DNA of 32,000 nt from Propionibacterium freudenreichii subsp. freudenreichii (GCF_000940845.1 NZ_CP010341.1:1890001-1922000); one strand, 5' to 3'. Positions 19,866 to 29,531 are shown, numbered from the stretch's first letter. Numbers and translations: made by a program. Notes: generated from the letters alone by a model not told the origin.

Positions 19866-20812
19866 TCCTTTGGGAGAGTGTCGAGGTTGATGCGCAGTTC
19901 GATGCGTGTGCCACCGTCGGGATTGTCGGCGACGTTCAAGTTTGCGTTGATGGATCGCGCGCGATCTCGCATGCCCGCCATGCCGGTGCCGGGTATAGCC
20001 TCACCAAGGCCCTTGCCGTTGTCTGTTACGACCAGTTGGACGAGGTTCTCCCGGTGGGTGAGAGACAGGGTCACCACACTGGCACCGGAGTGTTTCGCAC
20101 AGTTGGTCAGAGCTTCCTGAGCAACCCGGTAAACCACCAGCTGCGCAGCCCAGCCCAGGTCGGGGACGGGGTTGATCTCGCGGCGCACGGCCATACCGGT
20201 GGCCTCGGCGTGAGCTGTGGCCAAAGACGTGAGCGCACTGACCAGGCCGATGTCGGCCAACACGCTGGGGCGCAGGTGGGCGGCCAGTTGCCTGACGGTT
20301 TGCAGGCTGGTCCGAACGGCATCCTGCGCCATGGCAATCTTCTGCTGGCTATGCGGGTCATCTTGAGCGGACTGCAACAAGAGCAGTGCGTAAGTGAGGG
20401 TCTGTCCGACGTCATCATGGAGCTCACGGGATAAGCGAGCACGCTCCAACTCCTGACCCTCGATCAGAGCCGAAACCGTCGCACGACGTTGCGCGCGCAG
20501 GCGTTCGACGAGGGCATTGTGGGCCAGCACGATGCCGTCCAGCTCGGGCAGACCGGGCGCCGTCTCGATGCGGCGCCCCGCATCGAGGTTTGTCGTGGCC
20601 TCAACGTCTTGGGCGACGCGGATGAGTGGGGATAGCCCATGCTTGATGATGCGCCAACTGATGAGGGACAAGACAATCACTCCAGTGATGACCCAGGCGA
20701 TCTGCCCGGGAGTGGGTGGATAACTCATCGTGATCGGGGTAGCGATCAGGATAGTGGTCATCACTACGAAGGCACCCACGCCCATGGCCCAGATACGTCT
20801 TTGTAAACTCAC
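19862..20812 (-). CDS. Sensor histidine kinase (2 TM, HAMP-like, HisKA_3)
   Basis: H-box 'RLSRELHDDVGQTL' and ATPase 'EALTNCAKHSG...GTGMAGMRDRA'. The start is placed at GTG 20812 (alternative ATG 20785), because everything upstream of 20830 in ORF 19862..20935 is IS481 DNA. Confidence 0.8.
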   Translation of the reverse strand: MSLQRRIWAMGVGAFVVMTTILIATPITMSYPPTPGQIAWVITGVIVLSLISWRIIKHGLSPLIRVAQDVEATTNLDAGRRIETAPGLPELDGIVLAHNALVERLRAQRRATVSALIEGQELERARLSRELHDDVGQTLTYALLLLQSAQDDPHSQQKIAMAQDAVRTSLQTVRQLAAHLRPSVLADIGLVSALTSLATAHAEATGMAVRREINPVPDLGWAAQLVVYRVAQEALTNCAKHSGASVVTLSLTHRENLVQLVVTDNGKGLGEAIPGTGMAGMRDRARSINANLNVADNPDGGTRIELRINLDTLPKE

Positions 20813-20830
20813 CGAATGCCCCTCTCTAGG

Positions 20831-21923
20831 TGTACTTCCCCGGGAGGTTGTGAACGGGTGAGGTAGCGAAGACCTCCGGGCAGGATGTGGGTTACCACAC
20901 TCACTCTCCTGACCACGGAGGTCTTCGTGACTCACGCTAACGCACCCTTGACACCGGAAGGGCGTCGTCGTCTTGCTGTTCTCGTCGTGGAACAGGGCTG
21001 GTCGTTGCGGCGGGCGGCGGAACGGTTCCAGTGCTCGCCCGCGACGGTGAAGCGGTGGGCCGACAGGTACCGGGCAGGGCTGCCGTTGATCGACCGTAGT
21101 TCGAGGCCCACCTCGTCACCGAACCGGCTTTCGCGTAAGACGGAGCATCGGATCGTCGCGTTGCGGTTCACTCGCCGGTGGGGTCCGCACCGGATCGCGT
21201 ATCACCTGCGGTTGCACCGTTCCACGGTCGGTCGGGTGCTCGCCCGATACAAGATGCCGAAGCTGATCAACATCGACCAGGCCACCGGGCTGCCGGTTCG
21301 CCGCCCGAAGCCGAAACGGTACGAGGTCGCCGCGCCGGGCCAGCTCGTGCACGTAGATATCAAGAAACAAGGCCGGATCCCCGACGGCGGCGGGTGGCGT
21401 GCCCACGGTCGCGGATCCATGCAGGACCGTCACGCGGGAGTGGCCCGCGACAAGGCAGCCCGTGCCGGGGCAGCCGGCTCTCGCGGCTACCGGTATCTGC
21501 ACCACGCCGTGGACGACCACTCCCGGATCGCGTACTCAGAGATCCTTGACGACGAGCGCAAAGAGACCGCAGCGGGGTTCTGGACCCGCGCGAACGCGTT
21601 CTTCGCAGGCCTGGGCGTCACAGTCACCGCGGTGATGACCGACAACGGTTCCTGCTACCGGTCAGGCGCCTTCGCTGACGCGCTCGGCGACGAGGTGAAG
21701 CACAAGTGGACCCGGCCATACCGGCCGCAGACCAACGGCAAGGTCGAGCGGTTCAACCGGACCCTCGCCGTCGAGTGGGCCTACGCGAAGCCCTACGCCA
21801 GCGAAGCCGAGCGCGCCGCAGCCTACGAGACCTGGCTCCATCACTACAATCACCACAGACCCCACACCGGGATCGGCGGCCAGACTCCCTCAGCCCGCGT
21901 TCACAACGTCACGGGGAAGTACA
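20831..21923 (+). mobile_element. IS481-family insertion sequence, intact, with 6-bp target duplication
   Basis: IRL is TGTACTTCCCCGGGAGGTTGTGAACGGGTGAGG. The reverse complement of the right end is TGTACTTCCCCGTGACGTTGTGAACGCGGGCTGAGG. It is flanked by TCTAGG at 20825-20830 and 21924-21929, matching the NCTAGN target known for IS481. Confidence 0.85.
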
Positions 21924-21928
21924 TCTAG
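20927..21928 (+). CDS. IS481-family DDE transposase
   Basis: GTG 20927 is preceded by GGAGG. Contains 'THANAPLTPEGRRRLA', 'LVHVDIKK', 'HHAVDDHSRIAY', 'MTDNGSCYRS' and 'RPYRPQTNGKVERFNRTL'. The TAG stop (21926-21928) lies in the duplicated target, outside the IR. Confidence 0.9.
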   Translation: MTHANAPLTPEGRRRLAVLVVEQGWSLRRAAERFQCSPATVKRWADRYRAGLPLIDRSSRPTSSPNRLSRKTEHRIVALRFTRRWGPHRIAYHLRLHRSTVGRVLARYKMPKLINIDQATGLPVRRPKPKRYEVAAPGQLVHVDIKKQGRIPDGGGWRAHGRGSMQDRHAGVARDKAARAGAAGSRGYRYLHHAVDDHSRIAYSEILDDERKETAAGFWTRANAFFAGLGVTVTAVMTDNGSCYRSGAFADALGDEVKHKWTRPYRPQTNGKVERFNRTLAVEWAYAKPYASEAERAAAYETWLHHYNHHRPHTGIGGQTPSARVHNVTGKYI

Positions 21929-22007
21929 GGGTGAGCCGCTTCCCGAGGCATCGCCACCTGCTCTGGGGACCTTGCCAAGCGCTGTATCGGGAGTCTGTTC
22001 GGTCAGT

Positions 22008-22775
22008 CTATCGGGTAGCGGATCCGTCAGCCTGACCGGCTTCGACGGTGTTGGCCACCACCGCAACCGGCGAGGTGGACAACCGGAGCAACAGCCGGTT
22101 CTCAGAGCGCTCTCGTTCGGTAGAGCGTCTGGCGTGTTGGCTGCCCACGACAGTCAGGCTCGCTTCCGATGCCTTCGCGAGCAACGCGTCAGTGAGCTCG
22201 TGGGCTGAGACCTCCACATCAAAGGTCTCGGGGAGGTCGCTACCTAGGACCCGGGTGAGGACCTGCACGGTCTGGAGACGCGCCCGGTCGGGGCCTTGTC
22301 CCTTGTCGTCGACAATGACCTTCAGCCGGGCCCCGGTGCGCCCCGCGACGGATACGGCGAAACGAATGCTGGCAGGGCTTGGGCGCTCGGCGTCGAGGCC
22401 TAACACAAGAGGGCGGTCCAAGGTGTTCCAGGTGGTGTAGGGGAGCACCACCACCGGACCGGCAGCCTCCTGGAGCACGGCTTCGGCCGCGGCGTCCACA
22501 ATCGGGAGGACGGTCGAGCCCTGACCACGGGACGCCATGACGACCATGGCCGCGGTGCGACTCGCCTGAACCAATGCTGGGGCCAGCGTTGATTCGACAC
22601 ACATCAATGTGCCGCCTTCGCCCAACATTTCCCGCACATCGGGCGCCATCCCTTGGGTGTAAACAATGCCCAAGGGCCAGTGTCCGGCACGAGCGATGTC
22701 CCGGGCCCACACGGCGGCAGCGATCGAGGTCGAAGAACCGTCGACGCCGACCACGACATGGTCGGTGAAGTCCAT
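22008..22775 (-). CDS. Universal stress protein, tandem Usp domains
   Basis: ATG 22775 is preceded by CAGGAGGAA. 'VVVGVDGSSTSIAAAVWA' plus a second Usp-like half. The longer ORF to 23240 would overlap the clpB start and is rejected. Confidence 0.75.
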   Translation of the reverse strand: MDFTDHVVVGVDGSSTSIAAAVWARDIARAGHWPLGIVYTQGMAPDVREMLGEGGTLMCVESTLAPALVQASRTAAMVVMASRGQGSTVLPIVDAAAEAVLQEAAGPVVVLPYTTWNTLDRPLVLGLDAERPSPASIRFAVSVAGRTGARLKVIVDDKGQGPDRARLQTVQVLTRVLGSDLPETFDVEVSAHELTDALLAKASEASLTVVGSQHARRSTERERSENRLLLRLSTSPVAVVANTVEAGQADGSATR

Positions 22776-23141
22776 GGTGATTTCCTCCTGCGATTCCTCG
22801 CGCGATGCGAACGGATGGACGAGGTGAGGGTCAGCCTCTGTTCCTTCCGGGCCATACAGTCCTTCCTGTCCATGCAGCAAGGATCGCCGACGAGGACGGC
22901 CCAAATCCATAGATCTGGACGCACATGGGCGTCGTCCCCCACTGCAGTGAGGGCCAACCCCCAAATCTGCCGAAGCGCTTGACCCGGAGCCGCACCGATG
23001 CCCACCATCGAAGTGCGTCAGGTTTTCCTGCTGGGTCTGCCGGTACAGCCGCTGACGGCCCGCCGAGAGCCCTGGCGCCACAGCCTGGCAGCGGCCCGCC
23101 CCGCGCGGGCGCAAACCAGTCCCGATCCGAAGGAGAAGCAC

Positions 23142-25724
23142 ATGGACACCGAGAAGCTCACCACGATGAGCCGGGACGCGGTCTCGGCCGCCGTCCGCAA
23201 CGCATTGGCGGCCGGCAATCCCTCGGTCGAGCCCGCTCACCTACTGCATGCCTTGCTGATGGTCCCCGAGAACTCAGTGGGGCCACTACTGGAATCTGTT
23301 GGTGTCGACCCGGCCCAGATTGACCAGCGCGCCCAGGCTGCCATCAGCAAGCTGCCCTCCAGCCAAGGCAGCTCGGTAGCCCAACCGCAACTGTCCGGTT
23401 CCTTCGCGCGGGTACTCGCCGACGCGGAGATTCGCGCCGACAAGCTGGGCGACTCCTACGTCTCCACCGAGCACCTGCTCATTGCGCTGACGTCCATCCC
23501 GTCTGAGGCACAGACGATCCTGGTCGGTGCAGGGGCGACCACAGAGAAACTGGAAGAAGCCTTCGCAGGCGCACGGGGCGATCGCCGTGTCACCAGCCCC
23601 GAGGCCGAAGGCGGCGAGTCCGCCCTCAGCAAATACTCCGTCGACCTCACCGAGCGCGCCCGCGAGGGCAAGCTGGATCCGGTGATCGGCCGCGACCAGG
23701 AGATCCGCCGCGTTATGCAGGTCCTCGCCCGGCGCACCAAGAACAACCCAGTCCTCATTGGCGAGCCCGGCGTCGGCAAGACAGCCGTCGTCGAGGGCCT
23801 CGCGCAGCGCGTGATCGCCGGTGACGTGCCCGACTCGCTGAGGGGTCGCCGCGTCGTCAGCCTCGACCTCAGTTCCATGGTGGCCGGGGCCAAGTACCGC
23901 GGCGAATTCGAGGAACGACTCAAGGCCGTGCTGAAGGAGATCAAGGAGGCCGAAGGCCAGATCATCACCTTCATCGACGAGCTGCACACGGTCGTCGGCG
24001 CCGGCGCCAGTGGCGAAGGTGCCATGGATGCGGGCAACATGCTCAAGCCGATGCTGGCCCGCGGCGAGTTGCGCATGATTGGCGCCACGACGCTGGATGA
24101 GTACCGCGAGCGCATCGAGAAGGATCCGGCGCTGGAGCGTCGCTTCCAGCAGGTGTATGTGGGCGAGCCATCGGTGGAGGACACCATCGCCATCCTGCGC
24201 GGTTTGCGCGAGCGCTATGAGGCGCATCACAAGGTGCGCATTACCGATGGCGCTCTCGTTGCTGCCGCATCGCTGAGCCATCGCTACATCACCAACCGAC
24301 GGCTGCCCGACAAGGCCATCGACTTGATCGATGAGGCTGCCAGCCGACTCCGCATGGAGATCGACTCCAGTCCTGAAGAGATCGATGCGCTGCGGCGACA
24401 AGTGGACCGGCTGAAGATGGAGCAGTTCGCCATCAAGAAGGAGACCGACGCTGCCAGCAAGGCGCGCCTGGCACGGCTGGAACAAGAACTGGCGGATGCT
24501 GAGGAGAAGCTGCGGCTCCTGGAGAGCCGCTGGGCTCAGGAGAAAGCCGCACTCAACCGAATCGGAGAGCTGAAGACCCAGATCGATCAGCTCCGGATCG
24601 AGGCAGAAAAGGCCCAGCGTGTCGGCGACCTGGCTACAGCAGCCGAGATTGCCTACGGGCGGATTCCGGCGCTGGAACGCGAATTGGAGCAGGCCAAGCA
24701 GGCAGAGAACGAAGAGAAGGCCAGTCGCATGGTCGCCGACGAAGTGACCACAGAGGACATTGCTGAGGTGGTCAGCGCCTGGACCGGCATCCCTGTCGGC
24801 AAGATGCTCCAAGGCGAATCCGACAAGCTCCTCCACATGGAGGAACACATCGGCAAGCGCCTCATCGGGCAGAAGCGAGCAGTCAAAGCCGTTGCCGATG
24901 CTGTCCGGCGCAGCCGCGCTGGCATCAGCGATCCGAACCGGCCCACCGGCAGCTTCCTTTTCCTGGGTCCCACCGGCGTCGGCAAGACCGAACTGGCCAA
25001 GAGCTTGGCCGACTTCCTGTTCGACGACGAGACCGCGATGATCCGCATCGACATGTCGGAGTACTCCGAGAAGCACTCGGTCAGCCGCCTCGTCGGTGCC
25101 CCCCCGGGCTACGTCGGCTACGAAGAGGGAGGCCAGCTCACCGAAGCCGTACGGCGCCGCCCGTACAGCGTGGTGCTGCTCGACGAGGTAGAGAAGGCAC
25201 ACCCAGACCTGTTCAACATCCTGTTGCAGGTGCTCGACGACGGCCGCCTGACCGACGGCCAGGGGCGCACCGTCGACTTCCGCAACACGATCTTGATCAT
25301 GACCTCGAACCTGGGCAGCCAGTTCCTCGCCGACACGAGTCTGGACACCAAGGCCAAGCATGAGGCCGTGATGGGCGTGGTACGGAGCGCCTTCCGCCCA
25401 GAATTCCTGAACCGGCTGGACGAAATCGTGATGTTCGACCCGCTGACCTTGGAGGACCTGACCCACATCGTCGACGCCAACCTCCGCAAGATCAACGCCC
25501 GCCTCGCGGAGCGCCGAATCGTGATCGACGTCACTGACCGGGGCAAGGAATGGCTCGCCCGCAACGGCTTCGACCCCGTCTATGGCGCTCGACCGCTGCG
25601 CCGGCTGGTGCAGTCCACCATCGAGAACCAGCTCGCCATAAAGCTCCTCGCCGGCGAGATCATCGATGGTGCTGTGGTCACGTTCGACGTCGATCCCGAC
25701 ACCGACCAGCTGCGCATCGGCTGA
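23142..25724 (+). CDS. clpB: ClpB disaggregase (AAA+ class I, two NBDs plus coiled-coil M-domain)
   Basis: ATG 23142 is preceded by GAAGGAGAAG. Contains Walker A motifs 'GEPGVGKTA' and 'GPTGVGKTE', plus 'GARPLRR'. The length is typical of ClpB. Confidence 0.95.
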   Translation: MDTEKLTTMSRDAVSAAVRNALAAGNPSVEPAHLLHALLMVPENSVGPLLESVGVDPAQIDQRAQAAISKLPSSQGSSVAQPQLSGSFARVLADAEIRADKLGDSYVSTEHLLIALTSIPSEAQTILVGAGATTEKLEEAFAGARGDRRVTSPEAEGGESALSKYSVDLTERAREGKLDPVIGRDQEIRRVMQVLARRTKNNPVLIGEPGVGKTAVVEGLAQRVIAGDVPDSLRGRRVVSLDLSSMVAGAKYRGEFEERLKAVLKEIKEAEGQIITFIDELHTVVGAGASGEGAMDAGNMLKPMLARGELRMIGATTLDEYRERIEKDPALERRFQQVYVGEPSVEDTIAILRGLRERYEAHHKVRITDGALVAAASLSHRYITNRRLPDKAIDLIDEAASRLRMEIDSSPEEIDALRRQVDRLKMEQFAIKKETDAASKARLARLEQELADAEEKLRLLESRWAQEKAALNRIGELKTQIDQLRIEAEKAQRVGDLATAAEIAYGRIPALERELEQAKQAENEEKASRMVADEVTTEDIAEVVSAWTGIPVGKMLQGESDKLLHMEEHIGKRLIGQKRAVKAVADAVRRSRAGISDPNRPTGSFLFLGPTGVGKTELAKSLADFLFDDETAMIRIDMSEYSEKHSVSRLVGAPPGYVGYEEGGQLTEAVRRRPYSVVLLDEVEKAHPDLFNILLQVLDDGRLTDGQGRTVDFRNTILIMTSNLGSQFLADTSLDTKAKHEAVMGVVRSAFRPEFLNRLDEIVMFDPLTLEDLTHIVDANLRKINARLAERRIVIDVTDRGKEWLARNGFDPVYGARPLRRLVQSTIENQLAIKLLAGEIIDGAVVTFDVDPDTDQLRIG

Positions 25725-25734
25725 GCCCAAAAGC

Positions 25735-25769
25735 GAGGCCGGGGTCTCCTCACTTGGGACCCCGGCCTC
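25735..25769. terminator. GC-rich hairpin between convergent clpB and 25793..26527
   Basis: GAGGCCGGGGTC-(11 nt)-GACCCCGGCCTC, a 12-bp perfect stem starting 11 nt after the clpB stop. Confidence 0.6.
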
Positions 25770-25792
25770 GTGCTGTCCTGCTGCGTTGAGCC

Positions 25793-26527
25793 TCAGCCAC
25801 CGGTGCTGTCCGCTGCAACCGCCCTCAGTGCCCGTCGCAGCTGATCGATGCAGATCACCCGCTCGCTAACAAACAGTTCCCGGTCATCAGCCACCCGGCG
25901 GACGGTGACCTCCGTGCGCTGAATCTCCAAGATATGGGTGACTCCACGAGCCGCCAACTCCAAGTGTGAATCCTCGAACTCGCCAAGATCCACCGCTACC
26001 ACCTGGTTTCGATGGGTCAGCACCAGACCCTGAATCGCACGCACCGCGCCCGATCCCGAGCCGCCGTCCAAGCTTCCATGGCCAGTCTTCGACAAGCTGA
26101 ACCCCTCAAGACTCGCCGCCTCCTCCAGATAGGCCCGAGCCCGATCCCGGAAGTCCAGGGCATCACTGGCCAGCTCACGCATCTCATCTGATCCGTCGCA
26201 GGCAATCTCCTCCAGCTGCTGCGCGGACATCTCATCCAAAACCGCCTGAACCTCCAAGCGCTGCTCCGTGGTGAACTTCGCGCTATGCCCCGCAACATTG
26301 AACTCATCTGGCATCCGCCCATACATCGCCAACAGGTACCCGATCGCGCTCAGCGCTACAAAGGAAACAGTCCCGAGGCCGTCGCTGCCCTTGAACCACT
26401 CAAGAGCCGACGCGAAGGCCAGAGGCACGCTCGACACGCCCACAAGCAACAACCGTTGAGGCAAGGACCAAATCGCGTGGGCCCGCTCGGGCGTCCCGGT
26501 GGTCTTGGAATCTGGTCGACTCGCCAT
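25793..26527 (-). CDS. Hypothetical protein: N-terminal 2-TM hairpin plus unassigned soluble domain
   Basis: 244-aa ORF with TM helices 'LLLVGVSSVPLAFASAL' and 'VSFVALSAIGYLLAMYG' followed by about 170 aa with no recognisable motif. It uses many TTG/CTT Leu and GAT/GAG-T-ending codons, unusual for the neighbours. No clear SD. Confidence 0.55.
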   Translation of the reverse strand: MASRPDSKTTGTPERAHAIWSLPQRLLLVGVSSVPLAFASALEWFKGSDGLGTVSFVALSAIGYLLAMYGRMPDEFNVAGHSAKFTTEQRLEVQAVLDEMSAQQLEEIACDGSDEMRELASDALDFRDRARAYLEEAASLEGFSLSKTGHGSLDGGSGSGAVRAIQGLVLTHRNQVVAVDLGEFEDSHLELAARGVTHILEIQRTEVTVRRVADDRELFVSERVICIDQLRRALRAVAADSTGG

Positions 26528-26631
26528 GGTAGAAGGCTACCGGCCCCACGGTGTTGTCGGCTCCACTGTCTGGGCACCCGATACTTATCCCGGCCCATTG
26601 CTCAAAAGGCCAGAGGACTTAACCTCACGGA

Positions 26632-27057
26632 TCACGCCAGGTACGGCTCAATCCAGCGCTGCAAAGCCCCCCACGGCATGGCACCGGCCTGCTGCGCCAC
26701 GACCTGCCCGTCCCGCAGCAGGACCAACGTCGGGATAGATTGAACACCAAACGCAGCCTGGGTGGCAGGCGACTGGTCCACGTTGACCTTCACGAGCTTC
26801 AACCGCCCCGCATACTGCACCGCTAGCTTCTCCAAGATCGGCGACAACTGCTTACACGGGCCGCACCACGGCGCCCACAGATCCACCAACACTGGCAGCC
26901 TCGACGAATCGCTGATACGGCCGAAATCCGTGTCCTCAGCCTCAACGATCCACGGCAACGATGCCCGACACTTGGCGCATCGCGGCAGACCGGCCGCCAC
27001 CGCAGGGACCCGATTACGCGCTCCACAACCCGGGCAAGCGCTGATGCGAGAGTTCAT
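26632..27057 (-). CDS. trxC: Thioredoxin with N-terminal zinc-finger extension (Trx2/TrxC-type)
   Basis: 'CPGCGARNRV...CAKCRASL' is followed by 'LVDLWAPWCGPCKQLSP'. GAGGAGGAAAGT lies before ATG 27057. Confidence 0.88.
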   Translation of the reverse strand: MNSRISACPGCGARNRVPAVAAGLPRCAKCRASLPWIVEAEDTDFGRISDSSRLPVLVDLWAPWCGPCKQLSPILEKLAVQYAGRLKLVKVNVDQSPATQAAFGVQSIPTLVLLRDGQVVAQQAGAMPWGALQRWIEPYLA

Positions 27058-27356
27058 ACTTTCCTCCTCGGCTCACGTTCGGGGCCGGCCATGCACAGGC
27101 CGACTCCCACTTCAAGGATGCCCGCCCGCATCTCGTAAGACCATGGACCTCAGCACCGGTGCAGGGATACCCCACCGCAGTTGGGGGTCAACACCCAGCT
27201 GGGCATATCCCCTGGGCAACGACCCATTCCTTCCAGCGCGTGGAGACAAGGACGTCAGAGACTGGCACTTCTCGCAGACGCCGTTCCCCGTGTCAAGAAC
27301 GTCCCACCGTACTGAGTTTCAGGAACCAGTGTCCTCCGATCGAGTTCGTCGGAATT

Positions 27357-28814
27357 GGGCTCTTCCCAGATGAGGGTGTAGCGCACGTCGCGCGGCGGGC
27401 CGGCGCGTCGGTGGCCGGATAGAGGTCGAGGTCTCCCGAGGATGAGAGCTCCTACACACTCAGCCCGAAAGACCTCGACGTGCACGACGCTACCGTCGGC
27501 GGGCGCGCTGATGCGTTCGCCAGCCCCGACCTGACTGCCTTCTGCCGCCTCGACGAACTCGGCCTCGTTGTCACCGGGCAGCGACTCGAGCCGGATCGTG
27601 CCGTATTGGCCTGCCAGGTGGTCGAGCCCGACCAGTGGTGCCGGCGCTGCGGCTGCGAAGGGAGACCACGTGACACCGTGGTCCGACGGCTTACCCACGA
27701 ACCACTGGGCTGGCGGCCCACGACGCTGGAGGTCGTCGTGCGCCGTTACCGCTGCAGCGGCTGCGGGTATGTGTGGCGCCAGGACACCACCGCCGCGGCC
27801 GAGCCCCGGGCCAAGTTGTCTCGGCGCGCTCTGCGGTGGGCGCTGGAAGGGATCGTGGTCCAGCACCTGACCGTGGCTCGGGTCGCCGAGGGGCTCGGGG
27901 TGGCCTGGGACACCGCCAACGACGCCGTTCTGGCCGAGGGCAAGCGGGTGCTGATCGACGAGGAGCACCGCTTCGAGGGGGTGAAGGTCGTCGGGGTCGA
28001 TGAGCACGTGTGGAGGCACACCCGTCGCGGCGACAGGTACGTCACCGTGATCATCGACCTCACCCCAGTGCGAGATGGCACCGGCCCGGCACGGCTGCTG
28101 GACATGGTCGAAGGACGCTCCAAGCAGGCGTTCAAGACCTGGCTGGCCGACCGCCCGCAGGAGTGGCGCGACGGCGTGGAGGTGGTCGCGATGGACGGCT
28201 TCACCGGGTTCAAGACCGCCGCCGTCGAGGAACTGCCCGACGTGGTGACCGTGCTAGATCCCTTCCACGTCACGCGCCTCGCTGGCGAGGCGCTCGATGA
28301 GTGCCGACGGCGAGTTCAGCAGGCCATCTGTGGGCACCGCGGCCGCAAGGGCGACCCGCTCTATGCCGCCCGCCGGACCCTGTCCACCGGCGCCGACCTG
28401 CTCAACGACAAGCAGAAGGACCGACTGGACACCCTGTTCGCCGACGACGCCCACGTCGAGGTCGAGGTCACCTGGAGCGTCTACCAGCGCATGATCGCCG
28501 CCTACCGCCACGAGAACCGGCGCCACGGCCGCGAGCTGATGGCCCGGCTCATCGACTCGATCAGCACCGGCGTCCCCAAGGCCCTGGTCGAGATCACCAA
28601 GCTCGGCAGGACGCTGAAGAAGCGCGCCGCCGACGTCCTGGCCTACTTCGACCGGCCCAGCACCTCCAACGGGCCCACCGAGGCGATCAACGGCAGGCTC
28701 GAGCACCTGCGCGGCTCGGCGCGGGGGTTCCGCAACCTGACCAACTACATCGCCAGATCCCTGCTCGAGACCGGCGGGTTCAGACCCGACTACACCCTGG
28801 ATTCGGATGAGCCC
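27357..28814 (+). mobile_element. ISL3-family insertion sequence (both IRs present, no target duplication seen)
   Basis: IRL is GGGCTCTTCCCAGATGAGGGTGTAGCGCACGTC. The reverse complement of the right end is GGGCTCATCCGAATCCAGGGTGTAGTCGGGTC. The flanking 8-mers differ (tcggaatt vs tcaaaccc). The boundary is ambiguous by 1-2 nt. Confidence 0.8.
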
Positions 28815-28991
28815 TCAAACCCTTCTGCGCCGCGAACAGGTCGACGATCTGGTGTCGGAGTATCGGTCGGGAGCGACGCTTGTGGAGCTGGCGGCGCGGT
28901 TCCGCGTGAACCGCCGAACTGTGGCCGCCCATTTGGTTCGTCGGGAGGTTCCGATCCGACGCGGGAGCTTCGACCCTTCCCGCATCCATGA
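27480..28991 (+). CDS. ISL3-family transposase (reading frame runs through the right IR into flanking DNA)
   Basis: GTG start. 'PDLTAFCRLDELGLVVTGQRLEPDRAVLACQVVEPDQWCRRCGCEG', 'VVGVDEHVWRH', 'VAMDGFTGFKTA' and 'NGPTEAINGRLEHLRG..RGFRNLTNY' are present. There is no stop inside the IS, so the last about 59 codons are non-IS sequence. Confidence 0.85.
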   Translation: MHDATVGGRADAFASPDLTAFCRLDELGLVVTGQRLEPDRAVLACQVVEPDQWCRRCGCEGRPRDTVVRRLTHEPLGWRPTTLEVVVRRYRCSGCGYVWRQDTTAAAEPRAKLSRRALRWALEGIVVQHLTVARVAEGLGVAWDTANDAVLAEGKRVLIDEEHRFEGVKVVGVDEHVWRHTRRGDRYVTVIIDLTPVRDGTGPARLLDMVEGRSKQAFKTWLADRPQEWRDGVEVVAMDGFTGFKTAAVEELPDVVTVLDPFHVTRLAGEALDECRRRVQQAICGHRGRKGDPLYAARRTLSTGADLLNDKQKDRLDTLFADDAHVEVEVTWSVYQRMIAAYRHENRRHGRELMARLIDSISTGVPKALVEITKLGRTLKKRAADVLAYFDRPSTSNGPTEAINGRLEHLRGSARGFRNLTNYIARSLLETGGFRPDYTLDSDEPSNPSAPRTGRRSGVGVSVGSDACGAGGAVPREPPNCGRPFGSSGGSDPTRELRPFPHP

Positions 28992-29157
28992 AGCAGCCGA
29001 CCTCTACCTCAGCGGACTGACGCTGGCAGAGGTCGGCGTAAAGGTTGGGGCGGGGCCTCAGGCTGTCCGACGGGCTCTCGCATCGCATGGCATCGTGATC
29101 CGGCCTGGCGGTGGGCGCCGGTCGCGAGTCTCCTCGTCCCTGGCCGCAGTCGGCTAA
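28807..29157 (+). CDS. Double-HTH DNA-binding protein, conjugative-element associated (copy 2)
   Basis: Paralogue of 11600..11947. Its ATG (28807-28809) and next 4-5 nt lie inside the ISL3 right IR (ATGAGCC). Homology to copy 1 begins at 'ctcaaaccct'. Confidence 0.7.
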   Translation: MSPQTLLRREQVDDLVSEYRSGATLVELAARFRVNRRTVAAHLVRREVPIRRGSFDPSRIHEAADLYLSGLTLAEVGVKVGAGPQAVRRALASHGIVIRPGGGRRSRVSSSLAAVG

Positions 29158-29354
29158 TTCTACGCGTGCAGAACCGAGACGCGAGTATCTGCGTCGGCGG
29201 ACGCCTCGCGGCGCTGATGGCGACGGATCGCAGCCTCGTGCAGGCGCACACGGACGAGCAGAACAATGCTCACGGGTCCGATGATGACGAACTTGAGTGC
29301 GTTCCAGCACGCCCACAACACGATGAGGTGCAGCCAGCCGGGTCCGCCGTCGGC
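28815..29354. repeat. Diverged duplicate of 11604..12141
   Basis: See 11604..12141. This copy continues into intact downstream genes. Confidence 0.75.
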
Positions 29355-29531
29355 GACCGTGGCCGAGCAGGTGTAAGCGATCAGGAAGTACGGGAGAGCA
29401 ACCAGCATCGCGGGCAGCCCCCACTTGAGTCCGCGTCGGGTGCGGATGGCTGCGAGCAGTCGGTTGCTCGGCATGTAGCGATGCAGGTAGTCGCGGGTGC
29501 GAACGCTGAGCGTCCAGATGAAGCGGAACAT
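29160..29531 (-). CDS. Small 3-TM membrane protein, conjugative-element associated
   Basis: Internal ATG 29531 ('MFRFIWTL') of ORF 29160..29894, with hydrophobic helices 'WGLPAMLVALPYFLIAY', 'WLHLIVLWACWNAL' and 'IIGPVSIVLLV'. It is convergent with the HTH gene, with stops 2 nt apart. Confidence 0.6.
   Translation of the reverse strand: MFRFIWTLSVRTRDYLHRYMPSNRLLAAIRTRRGLKWGLPAMLVALPYFLIAYTCSATVADGGPGWLHLIVLWACWNALKFVIIGPVSIVLLVRVRLHEAAIRRHQRREASADADTRVSVLHA

Noticed and set aside
23286-25730. 814-aa ORF on the minus strand
   Set aside because: It is exactly antisense to clpB, whose sense frame carries unmistakable AAA+ motifs. The antisense product is low-complexity and Ala/Gly/Leu/Asp-rich. 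Long stop-free antisense frames are expected in high-GC DNA.
27255-28019. 254-aa minus-strand ORF
   Set aside because: It is antisense to the ISL3 transposase and crosses the IS left boundary. No motif was recognised.
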